A DNA stretch of 64,000 nucleotides from positions 94,762 through 158,761 of the forward strand of contig CAZKXI010000005.1 of NCBI GenBank assembly GCA_964556755.1, read 5' to 3'. Origin of the DNA: an uncultured Eubacteriales bacterium (GTDB lineage Bacteria > Acidobacteriota > Aminicenantia > Aminicenantales > UBA4085). Under the pieces are notes generated by a model that was not told the origin of the DNA, did not search any database, and was given only the letters and a program-made list of their open reading frames with translations. A program made the translations under genes and the position numbers. Of this stretch, positions 25,753 through 34,493 are shown in pieces. Positions within the stretch are counted from its first letter, which is position 1; every line of letters begins with the position of its first letter.

Positions 25753-26097
25753 GTTCTTCGCCAATTTCCGGGAAGTATAAGCGGTTCGGGGTACACCGTC
25801 GGGGGCGACGGAGCCATAGGCCGTGATCGGATCGTAATGGATCAACTGCCTCGGGGGGATAAAAACGGCCTATGGTCGGCCAACGGCGGAGAAGCGCCGG
25901 TTGAGCCCTGTCGGTTGCCCCTCGATGGAGAGCTCCTAACACGATCGAGCCGGGACTGAATGGCCCCATCTATACGCCGGCGAAGGCTCAACCAAGCCGT
26001 CCTCGCGGAGACAGATGAAGCATCCGTCTCGACGAGGGCTGCGCAAGCTCCGCCGGGCCGACACCCCGAACCGCTCTTCCCGGAATGGGGCGATGAG
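25753..26097. mobile_element. MITE-like repeat copy C (~345 bp)
   Basis: Left TIR GTTCTTCGCCAATTTCCGGGAAGTATAAGCGGTTCGGGG; right TIR CCCCGAACCGCTCTTCCCGGAATGGGGCGATGAG. Interior carries GAGAC-N-GTCTC and GGCTGCGCAAGCTCCGCC hairpin units and a TCGGCCAACGGCGGAGAAGCGCCGGTTGAGCCC block. Confidence 0.7.
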
Positions 26098-26166
26098 TCT
26101 TTTATTGAGGCCCCGCCTGGCCTCTGCTATCATGGCCGGGAAACCGGATTCGCCAAGGAGGCGCCC

Positions 26167-27870
26167 ATGTCCCGCCCCATCAGCCGCCGTCAATTCCTCA
26201 GCCGCACCGGAACCGCCGCGGCCGCCGCCACCCTGGCCGGCGCCGGCCCGCTTCTGCAAGGCTGCGCGGCCGGAAAGAAGTACGATCTCGTCATCGCCGG
26301 AGGGCTGGTCTACGACGGCTTGGGCGGCGCTCCGGTTACGGCCGACATCGGCATCGTGGGCCGGGCCATCAAGGACATCGGCCGCATCCCCGCCTCCCGC
26401 GGCCGGTCGGCGGTCGAGGCGCGCGGGCTGGCCGTCTGTCCCGGCTTCATCGATGTCCACGACCACTCCGACTACGGCCTCCTGGCCGATCCCAAGGCCG
26501 ACAGCGCGGTCCGCCAGGGCGTGACGACCCTGATCAGCGGGCAATGCGGCTCGGCGCCCTTCCCCTTGGCCGAGGCGGTCTTGGAGGAGGTCAGGTCCAA
26601 CGCCAAATCGCAGCTGGGCGTCGACGTCGACTGGCGCGATCTGAAAGGCTTTCTAGCCCGGCTGGAGAGCGGCGGCATGGCCGTCAACTACGCCACCCTG
26701 TCGGGCCACGGCTCGCTGCGCGGCGCGGCCATGGGCTTCAACGAAGGGGCCCCGACGCCGGAGCAGATGGAGAAGATGAAGGCGCTCCTGGCCGAGGAGA
26801 TGGAAGCCGGATCGCTGGGGCTTTCGACCGGATTGGAATACACTCCCAGCGGCTTCGCCGCCGCCGAGGAGATCGCCGCGCTGGCCCGGGTCGTGGCCCC
26901 CAAGGGCGGCATCTACGCCACCCATATGCGGGACGAGGGCGACAAGGTCATCGAAGCGATCGAGGAAGCCTTGGCCGCGGCCCGCGCGTCCGGAGCCGCG
27001 CTTCAGATCTCCCACTTGAAGGTCGCCTTCCCGCGCAACTGGGGCAAGCTGGACGAGGCCCTGGCCCGCATCGAAGCGGCTCGGGCCGAAGGGCTGGACG
27101 TGACGGCCGACCGCTACCCCTACATCGCCGGATCGACCGGCCTGGACATCAACTTCCCGGCCTGGGCCCGCCAGGGGACCACGGACGAGTTCCTGGCCCG
27201 GTTGAAGGACCCGGCCCAGGACAAGGCCCTGCGAGCCTATGTCGCCGAGCGCGAGGCCAAGCTCGGCTCGTGGGACAAGGTCGTCATCTCCGGCGTCTTC
27301 GAGGAGAAGAACAAGGGCTATGAGGGCCTGGACGTGCTGGAGGCCTCGCGCCGGGCCGGCAAGCCGGCCTACGAGTTCATGCGCGACCTGATCGTCGAGG
27401 AGCGCGACAACGTCGACACCGTCATCTTCATGATGACCGAGGACAACCTCCGCCGCATCCTGGCCAAGCCCTATGTCATGATCGGGGCCGACAGCTCCGT
27501 CCGTTCGACGGAGGGCCCGCTTTCCAAGGGCAAGCCGCATCCGCGCTGCTTCGGCAGCTTCGTCCGCGTCCTGGGCAAGTATGTCCGGGACGATAAGGTC
27601 CTGACCTTGGAGGAGGCCATCCGCAAGATGACCTCGGCGCCCGCGGCCAAGCTCAAGCTCGCGGGCCGCGGCGTGATCCAGGCGGGCGCTCAGGCCGACC
27701 TGGTCGTCTTCGATCCCGCGACCGTGGCGGATCGGGCGACTTGGAAGGAGCCGCACCGGTATCCCGCTGGTGTCCCCCATGTCCTGGTCAATGGCCAGCC
27801 GGTGATTACGAGAGGCGAGCACACCGGCGCCAAGCCGGGGCGCGTCCTGCGGAAAGGCTCGGCGGCGTGA
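26167..27870 (+). CDS. N-acyl-D-amino-acid deacylase (D-aminoacylase) family amidohydrolase with Tat signal
   Basis: Twin-arginine signal (SRRQFLSRTGTAAAAA), metal-binding HDHSD, and D-aminoacylase-family length. ATG after AAGGAGG. Confidence 0.82.
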   Translation: MSRPISRRQFLSRTGTAAAAATLAGAGPLLQGCAAGKKYDLVIAGGLVYDGLGGAPVTADIGIVGRAIKDIGRIPASRGRSAVEARGLAVCPGFIDVHDHSDYGLLADPKADSAVRQGVTTLISGQCGSAPFPLAEAVLEEVRSNAKSQLGVDVDWRDLKGFLARLESGGMAVNYATLSGHGSLRGAAMGFNEGAPTPEQMEKMKALLAEEMEAGSLGLSTGLEYTPSGFAAAEEIAALARVVAPKGGIYATHMRDEGDKVIEAIEEALAAARASGAALQISHLKVAFPRNWGKLDEALARIEAARAEGLDVTADRYPYIAGSTGLDINFPAWARQGTTDEFLARLKDPAQDKALRAYVAEREAKLGSWDKVVISGVFEEKNKGYEGLDVLEASRRAGKPAYEFMRDLIVEERDNVDTVIFMMTEDNLRRILAKPYVMIGADSSVRSTEGPLSKGKPHPRCFGSFVRVLGKYVRDDKVLTLEEAIRKMTSAPAAKLKLAGRGVIQAGAQADLVVFDPATVADRATWKEPHRYPAGVPHVLVNGQPVITRGEHTGAKPGRVLRKGSAA

Positions 27871-28862
27871 GGAGCGGGCTCGCAAGCCGGTGCGTGAGCT
27901 GGCGGCTAGCCGCGGCTGCCGCGGCCTGGTCGGCCGTGATTCTCCTGTCCGCGGCCCCGGTTCTGCCGGGGCAGGGGACAACGAGGCAGATAGCGGCGGC
28001 CAAGAGCGCCGAAGCCGCATCGGCATCATCCGGCCTCGTCCTCCTCGAGCCGGCCGGCGCGCCCTTCATCCTGGCCCTTCGGGCCCTGGATCCCGGCGAG
28101 GCCATTCTGGTCCGCTTGAAGAACGACTCGCCCTTCCGGCGGGTTGCCGTCAGCCTCGGCTCCTCGACCCGCGTCCTGGAAGCGGCGGAGGGCGATTCGG
28201 CGGGCTCGCCGGCGACCCTGTTGGGCATCGATCTGGGAGTCCAGCCGGGGGATCTGCCGCTAAAGGCCAAGGGCTGGCGTCCCGATGGATCGGAGTCGTC
28301 CTTCGAATGGCCCCTGACCATCGGGCGCAAGGAATTCCCTCAGACCCGGCTCCAGGTGGCTCCGGCCATGACCCATCCGCCGGCCGCGCTGCTGGAGACC
28401 ATCCGCCGCGAATCGGCGCTGGTGGCCGAGATCCTGGGCCGCGTCTCCGCCGAGTGGCTGGCCGAGGGGGCTTTCCAGTCGCCCCTTCCGGACTTCAAGC
28501 CCTTTCCCAACTTCGGCCAGCAGCGGATCTATAACAAGGCCGTTGCCTCGGTCCACTCCGGGGTCGACATCGCCGCCCCGCGGGGGACGAAGGCGACGGC
28601 GCCGAATGCGGGGCGGATCGTCCTGGCCAACAAGCTCTACTACTCCGGTTGGACGGTTATCATCGACCACGGGCAGGGCGTGTTCACCTACTGTTGCCAT
28701 TTCGACAAGGTGCTGGTTAAGCGGAACGACACGGTCAAGAAAGGCCAGGTCATCGCCGAAGTGGGCAGCACCGGGCGCTCGACCGGGCCTCACCTGCACT
28801 GGAGCGCCCGGATCCTCGCGGCCCGCGTCGATCCCTTCTCGCTCGCGGCCCTGCCGCTCTAA
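27867..28862 (+). CDS. M23 family peptidoglycan metalloendopeptidase
   Basis: HxxxD (HSGVDIAAP) and HLH (PHLHWSA) zinc motifs plus an N-terminal signal-like segment. GTG overlaps the upstream stop. Confidence 0.78.
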   Translation: MRSGLASRCVSWRLAAAAAAWSAVILLSAAPVLPGQGTTRQIAAAKSAEAASASSGLVLLEPAGAPFILALRALDPGEAILVRLKNDSPFRRVAVSLGSSTRVLEAAEGDSAGSPATLLGIDLGVQPGDLPLKAKGWRPDGSESSFEWPLTIGRKEFPQTRLQVAPAMTHPPAALLETIRRESALVAEILGRVSAEWLAEGAFQSPLPDFKPFPNFGQQRIYNKAVASVHSGVDIAAPRGTKATAPNAGRIVLANKLYYSGWTVIIDHGQGVFTYCCHFDKVLVKRNDTVKKGQVIAEVGSTGRSTGPHLHWSARILAARVDPFSLAALPL

Positions 28863-29614
28863 TCCAGCTCGATCCCGACCGGGCAGTGGTCCGAGCCGGG
28901 GATTTCGGCCCGAATGAAGGCCGCCTTCAGGCGCGGCCGCAGGGCCTTGGAGATCAGGACGTAGTCGATGCGCCAGCCCACGTTCCGGGCCCGGACCCCG
29001 CGCATCGGGCTCCACCAGGTGTAGTGGCCGCCGCCCGGCTCAAACTCGCGGAAGGTGTCCAGGAATCCCTTGCCGAGGAAGGCCTCGAAGCCGGCCCTCT
29101 CCTCGACCGTGAAGCCGTGCGTCCCCTCGTTGGCCTTGGGGTGGGCCAGGTCGATCTCCCGGTGGGCCACGTTGAAGTCGCCGCAGAAGACGACCGGCTT
29201 GCGCCGCTCCAGCTTCTTGAGAAACCGCAGGAAGACCTCGTCCCAGCGCTGCCGGAACGGCAGACGGGTCAGCTCGCGCTGGGAGTTGGGGACGTAGGCG
29301 TTGACCAGGAAGAAGTCGGCGTACTCGGCCGTCAGGACGCGGCCTTCGGCGTCGAACTCCTCCGCCCCGAGCCCGTGACGGATGCCGAGAGGGGCCGGCT
29401 TCGTGAGGATGACCGTCCCGGCATAGCCCTTCCGGAGGGCCGGGTTCCAGTGGGCCGCGTAAGAGCCCGCCCAGGCCTCGTCGACGTCGTGCGGCTCGGC
29501 CCGGGTTTCCTGGAGGCAGAGGATGTCGGGATCATCCGCGGCCAGGTAAGCCCGCAAGTCCCCGCGCCGCAGGACGGCCCGCAGGCCGTTGACGTTCCAG
29601 GAGGCGATCTTCAC
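28859..29614 (-). CDS. xth: Exodeoxyribonuclease III
   Basis: N-terminus VKIASWNVNGLR and the EEP-family catalytic residues of ExoIII. GTG start; the track ORF extends further upstream. Stop overlaps the M23 gene stop convergently. Confidence 0.85.
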   Translation of the reverse strand: MKIASWNVNGLRAVLRRGDLRAYLAADDPDILCLQETRAEPHDVDEAWAGSYAAHWNPALRKGYAGTVILTKPAPLGIRHGLGAEEFDAEGRVLTAEYADFFLVNAYVPNSQRELTRLPFRQRWDEVFLRFLKKLERRKPVVFCGDFNVAHREIDLAHPKANEGTHGFTVEERAGFEAFLGKGFLDTFREFEPGGGHYTWWSPMRGVRARNVGWRIDYVLISKALRPRLKAAFIRAEIPGSDHCPVGIELD

Positions 29615-29625
29615 GGGCCGGCCCG

Positions 29626-30903
29626 CTAGCGCTGGCGGGTCATCCTTTCCTCGACGATGGCCTTGTACTTGTCGCGCAAGCGGGTCTGGGCGCTTTCCAA
29701 GGGTATCTCCCGGCCGGCGATGAAGACCCGCTTGATCTTCGACGAGGCCTGGATGATCGGCTTGGTGCAGATGACGATGTCGGCCGACTTGCCCGGCTCG
29801 AGGGAGCCGATCCGGTCGTCGAGGCCGAAGATCTTGGCCGGGTGGAGGGTGATGGCCTTGACGGCCTCCTCCTCCGGCAGGCCGTAGGCGACCGACAGCG
29901 AGGCCGGCACCGGCAGCCTCCGGACATTGCTGCCTCCCTGGCCGGCGGATTCGCTCAAGGCGAGCAGTATCTTCTTCTCGGCCAGCACGGCCGCCGTGTG
30001 GTAGTTGAGGTCGGCCGGCTGCCAGCGGTCGGGCAGGGCGTTGGTCCCGGCCCAGATGACCGGAATCCCGCGGGCGGCGATCTCGTCGGCGTACTTGAGA
30101 ACCTCGTTGGAGGCCGTGAACAGGATGCCCTTGATCTTGAAGTCGGCCATGAGCCGCAGGGCGATGCGGATCGGGACGCCGCCCTGGGCCACGAAGACGA
30201 CCGGCCGGCCGCCGTCCAGGACGGCGGCCAAAGCCTCCATCTCGGGGTCGCGGGCGGAATCGCCGGACTTCTTCTTGGCCGCGAAGGCGCGCGCTTTCTC
30301 CAGCTTGTCGGTGAAGAAGCGGCTGACGCCTTCCAGAGTCGAGGGGTAGGCGTTGGACTGACGGGCCGAGGTGTTGAAGACCAGGGCCACATCGCGCCGC
30401 AGGACCATCTCCTCGGGCAGGTTGCCGTCGAGATGGAGGGCCATGACCCGGCCGTTGATCAGGCGGGCGGTTCCCGCCGCCGTCAGGACCGAAGTCACGC
30501 CGTCCACGCGCGCCACCGGGATCGTCTCGTCCTCCGGGTTGAGGGCTTCGAACGGATCCAGGTAGGGAGTGGACAGCCCGATCTCGTTCGTGTCGCTGCC
30601 TGCTCCGGGGTAGCCGGTCAAGCCGAGGGCCGTCAGCGGGGCGACCATCCCGGGGTAGACGAAGAGGCCGGAGGCGTCGACGACTCGGGCCCGGGCCGGG
30701 ACGGAGACCCTCGTCCCGAGCGCGGTGATCTTGCCTTTCTCGATGACCAGGCTGCCGCCGGGGATGGAAGGTCCCGAGACGGGGACGATCGTCCCGCCCT
30801 TGATGACTACGGCCTCCTGGGCCGCGGCGGGGGAGACGGAGGCGGCGAGAAGGGCGATAGCCCAGACGGCAAGGAGGGAGATACGGAAAGCAGGGCGATT
30901 CAT
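29626..30903 (-). CDS. Secreted amidohydrolase family protein (metal-dependent hydrolase)
   Basis: Signal peptide (MNRPAFRISLLAVWAIALLAASVSPAAAQE) and an amidohydrolase fold. Confidence 0.75.
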   Translation of the reverse strand: MNRPAFRISLLAVWAIALLAASVSPAAAQEAVVIKGGTIVPVSGPSIPGGSLVIEKGKITALGTRVSVPARARVVDASGLFVYPGMVAPLTALGLTGYPGAGSDTNEIGLSTPYLDPFEALNPEDETIPVARVDGVTSVLTAAGTARLINGRVMALHLDGNLPEEMVLRRDVALVFNTSARQSNAYPSTLEGVSRFFTDKLEKARAFAAKKKSGDSARDPEMEALAAVLDGGRPVVFVAQGGVPIRIALRLMADFKIKGILFTASNEVLKYADEIAARGIPVIWAGTNALPDRWQPADLNYHTAAVLAEKKILLALSESAGQGGSNVRRLPVPASLSVAYGLPEEEAVKAITLHPAKIFGLDDRIGSLEPGKSADIVICTKPIIQASSKIKRVFIAGREIPLESAQTRLRDKYKAIVEERMTRQR

Positions 30904-32165
30904 CGGGCGCCTCCCGCAACCGGGGTCACGCCCTGACGGGCGAGATCGAAGAAGACCTCGCCTTCGATGATCGTCAGCAGGCACTTGGCGGTGCTGTCCA
31001 GGGGGTACTTGTCGAAGACGGCCACGTCGCCGTCCTTGCCGGCCTCCAGGCTGCCGATGCGGCTCTCCATCTCCAGGGCCTTGGCCGCGTTGATGGTGAA
31101 CATACGCAGGACGACATCGTCGGGCAGGTCGTTGTACTTCTGGACCTTGGCCGCGTTGAGGTAGAGATAGCGGCCCTCGTCGGGGCTGTCGGAGTTGATG
31201 ACCACGTTGACCCCGGCCCGGTGGAGGATCTCGAAGCCGTAGGGGCAGCCGTCGTAGGCCTCCTCCTTGAATCCCCACCAGTCCGTCCAGCCGCCGGCGG
31301 TGGCGCCGCTGCGGGCGATGACGTCGGCCACCTTATACCCATCGACGCAATGGCTGATCTGGGAGCAGACGACGCCGAACTCCCGGCACAGGCCGAGGAA
31401 CCAGACGATCTCGTCGGACCGGTAGATGTGGCAGTCGACGGTCATCTTGCCTTCCAGGACCTGCTTGAGGGTTTCCAGCTTGTCGTCCCGGTCCGGGGGC
31501 TTGGCCTCGGCCCGGCCCGAGGCGACGGCCTTGTCGTAGGCCTCCCATTTGGCCTTGTACTCCCGGGCGTCCGTGAAGCCCTTGCGGACGACATAGGCCG
31601 TGCCCAGCCGGGTCGAGGGCGTCTTGTTCTGCCCGCCGTAGAAGCGCTTGGGGTTCTCGCCCAGGGCCATCTTCAGCTGCGGCCGGATGCCCCGGACCAG
31701 GAGATCCTCCAGGGGCCGGGCGTACTTGAGCTTGAGGACGGCGTTGACCGCGCCGAAGACGTTGGCGCTGCCGTGCATCGCCTTGACCGTGGTCACGCCG
31801 CCGGAAAGCGTGGTCAGGATCGAGGGATGGTCGGGGACGAGAACATCCTGCATCCAAAGGTGCGGGGTGGACGGATCGGTCGCCTCGTTGACGTCGCTGC
31901 CGTCCATGGCGATATGGGTATGGGTGTCGATCAGGCCGGGCAAGATGAAGCGGCCCGTCGTATCGACGACCTTGACGCCGGCCGGAACGGCCACGTCGCG
32001 GCCGACGGCGGTGATCTTGCCTCTTTGGATCAGGACGGTCCCGTTCTCGATGACGCCGCGGGTGACCGTCAGGACGGTGCCCCCGCGCAGGGCCAGGTCC
32101 TGGGCCGGCAGCGCCGGAGCCAGGAGGAGCAGGGCGAGGAATGCGGATCCGAGCCGATGATGCAT
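30900..32165 (-). CDS. Secreted amidohydrolase family protein (paralog, HxH metal site)
   Basis: Signal peptide then LIDTHTHIAMD; full-length amidohydrolase. ATG at 32165, inside the track ORF. Confidence 0.78.
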   Translation of the reverse strand: MHHRLGSAFLALLLLAPALPAQDLALRGGTVLTVTRGVIENGTVLIQRGKITAVGRDVAVPAGVKVVDTTGRFILPGLIDTHTHIAMDGSDVNEATDPSTPHLWMQDVLVPDHPSILTTLSGGVTTVKAMHGSANVFGAVNAVLKLKYARPLEDLLVRGIRPQLKMALGENPKRFYGGQNKTPSTRLGTAYVVRKGFTDAREYKAKWEAYDKAVASGRAEAKPPDRDDKLETLKQVLEGKMTVDCHIYRSDEIVWFLGLCREFGVVCSQISHCVDGYKVADVIARSGATAGGWTDWWGFKEEAYDGCPYGFEILHRAGVNVVINSDSPDEGRYLYLNAAKVQKYNDLPDDVVLRMFTINAAKALEMESRIGSLEAGKDGDVAVFDKYPLDSTAKCLLTIIEGEVFFDLARQGVTPVAGGAR

Positions 32166-32281
32166 ACGGGCCTCCGGAAGCGATCGGATTCCGGAATTAT
32201 CCCGAGCCGAGGCTCCCGCGTCAATCGCTTTCGGCGCTTGCCAAAGCCGCCCCGAACATGACACATTAGGGGCCGGATCCC

Positions 32282-32869
32282 ATGAGCGGCTTTCTCGTCT
32301 TCGACTGCGAGACCACGGGGCTGCCCGTCCGCCGCAATATCTCCTACCGGGACGTCGATGGCTGGCCGCGCCTGGTCCAGCTGGCTTGGGCGGTCTTCGA
32401 TCCTTGGGGCCGGCTTGAGGGCGCGCGGAGCCGCATCGTCCGGCCGCAGGGCTTCGTCATCCCCGAGGCTTCGGCCCTTATTCACGGCATCAGCCAGGAG
32501 CGGGCCCTCGCGGAAGGGGAGCCGGCGTCCGATGTCTTGGCGGCTTTCGTCCGCGACTTGGACGAGCCGCTCGACGCGATCATCGCCCACAATCTGGATT
32601 ACGATCGGAGCGTCACCGGAGCCGAGCTTCTGCGAGCCGGCCTGGAGAGCCGCCTCTTCGACCGGCCGGGCTACTGCACCATGAAGGGGACGACCGACTT
32701 GGTCCGCCTGCCCGGGCCTTACGGCTTCAAATGGCCGAAGCTGGACGAGCTGCACGCCTTTCTCTTCGGCGCCTCCTACGAGGGCGCCCACGACGCGGCC
32801 CGCGATGTGGAGGCCTGCGCCCGCTGCTTCTTCGAGCTCCGCCGGCGGGGGCACATCCCCTGCCCCTGA
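32282..32869 (+). CDS. DEDDh 3'-5' exonuclease (DnaQ/epsilon-like)
   Basis: Exo I motif (FDCETTGL) and exo III motif (YEGAHDAARD). Confidence 0.78.
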   Translation: MSGFLVFDCETTGLPVRRNISYRDVDGWPRLVQLAWAVFDPWGRLEGARSRIVRPQGFVIPEASALIHGISQERALAEGEPASDVLAAFVRDLDEPLDAIIAHNLDYDRSVTGAELLRAGLESRLFDRPGYCTMKGTTDLVRLPGPYGFKWPKLDELHAFLFGASYEGAHDAARDVEACARCFFELRRRGHIPCP

Positions 32870-32878
32870 TCCTCTCCC

Positions 32879-34348
32879 TTAGTCCACGACCGTGAAGTCG
32901 GTCCACTTGCCGGCCAGGAGCCGGTTGTTGGGGCCCCGGACTTCGACCGTGATCTGGAAAGATCCGGTCCGGGGCATCTTCACGTCGATGACCGGGAAGG
33001 TGTAGCTGCCTTGATCCCGCAGAGCGATGGAATCCGCCCGGCCGAGGGCGTTCGTCGTGCCTCGCTCCAGGACGACGGCCTTGAAGACGGCGCCCGGGGC
33101 GGCGATCTTCTCGTAGCGGATCGTGACGAAGATGGGGGCGATCTCGTTGAGCTTCAAGGAGCCGGACGGCTTCCGGATCTCCGTGATCTCGGCCGTCATG
33201 TCCGACGGCTTCCAGGCCGGCGCGGCGGGTCCAGAAGCGACCTGAAGGGAGAGGCGCTTGGTATAGTATGTGTTGTATTCTCCCGGGACGTCGATTCGGG
33301 GCAGCCGGATCGCGACGTCCAGGTCCCAGGTCCCGGGCCCCGGCGCGGACAGGGTGACGGGCCCGAAGTCGTAGGTGCCGTTGCCTCTGAGCGGATGCGA
33401 TTCCAGCCAGGCATTGGGGATATCCTTCCCGGTGGCCGCGTCGATGAAGAGGACCGTGGCCGTGGTGCCCGCGGGGAAGCTCTTGTAGTCGAAAGAGACG
33501 TCGAAGCGGACCTTCTCGCCCGGGCCGACCGTCTCCGGGGGCTTGGGGTAGCCGACCCGGACCGGGCCCAGCACGCGCGTCGGCGCGTCGACGACCTCGA
33601 CCTCGAAATCGAGCGGCTCGGCGACGAAGCCTTCGGTCTTGGCCTTGGCCTGCAGCTTCCAGCGCCCGGGCTGGTCGAAGACGATCTTCTGCGGCTCCGA
33701 GACGTAGCGGCTCGATCCGGACATCTGGGGCGACCGCCAGGACCAGTAGCCCGTCCCGCCCTCGACGGCCTGGATCGAGCAGAACAGGTCCGTCTGCGGG
33801 AGCATGCTGACGCATTGGACGGTCATGCGGATCGGGATCTGCTCTCCGACCTGGACGGTCTCCGGCGGCTTGGGCGCGTCGACGGACAGGACCTCCAGCC
33901 TGGTCCGGGGGATCATCTTGATCTTGAGCGTCGCGTCGGCCATGAAGTGCTGGGACTTGCGGTCCCGGGTCCTCGAGTATCCGTCGACGATGATCTGGTT
34001 CTCGGGGAAGATCTCCGTCCCGAAGGCGACCGTGAACGTCGTGTCGAGCCGGCCGGTGCATTTCTTATGTCCCGGCGTCCGGCAGGGGTCCTGCTCGCTC
34101 ACGCTGTTGTTGATGGAGACATTCCTATCCTCGAAGGGCGCGGTCAGCCGGATGCCGACGATCTTGTCGGAGTCCACGTCGGTGTAGCTGAAGATCACCC
34201 GAACTTCGAAGGAATTGCCGGCGATCGCGGTGTTCTCGGTCAGGCTTGTGGTGACGGACAAGCTGCCCCTCTCTTGGGCGATAGATGCGGCCGCGAGTCC
34301 GAGAAGTCCCACGATGAGCGCCAGCGGGCTTGCGAGGCGTCGGCTCAT
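32879..34348 (-). CDS. Secreted protein with repeated beta-sandwich (Ig/CARDB-like) domains
   Basis: Signal peptide at internal MSRRLASPLALIVGLLGLAAASIAQE, repeated PKPPETV...VG segments, and a Thr/Ser-rich beta-strand composition. Confidence 0.6.
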   Translation of the reverse strand: MSRRLASPLALIVGLLGLAAASIAQERGSLSVTTSLTENTAIAGNSFEVRVIFSYTDVDSDKIVGIRLTAPFEDRNVSINNSVSEQDPCRTPGHKKCTGRLDTTFTVAFGTEIFPENQIIVDGYSRTRDRKSQHFMADATLKIKMIPRTRLEVLSVDAPKPPETVQVGEQIPIRMTVQCVSMLPQTDLFCSIQAVEGGTGYWSWRSPQMSGSSRYVSEPQKIVFDQPGRWKLQAKAKTEGFVAEPLDFEVEVVDAPTRVLGPVRVGYPKPPETVGPGEKVRFDVSFDYKSFPAGTTATVLFIDAATGKDIPNAWLESHPLRGNGTYDFGPVTLSAPGPGTWDLDVAIRLPRIDVPGEYNTYYTKRLSLQVASGPAAPAWKPSDMTAEITEIRKPSGSLKLNEIAPIFVTIRYEKIAAPGAVFKAVVLERGTTNALGRADSIALRDQGSYTFPVIDVKMPRTGSFQITVEVRGPNNRLLAGKWTDFTVVD

Positions 34349-34493
34349 GATCCCTCCCATCGAAACCCTTCGGATGGGCCAAGCATAGAGGGATGTTCGG
34401 CGCCTTGTCAAGGCGGCGACCGGCGGCAACGGCTTGACAGGGTGGCCAAAAGAGTCTAACTTTTCCGCATCTTTTTTCGGTCCGGAGGGATTC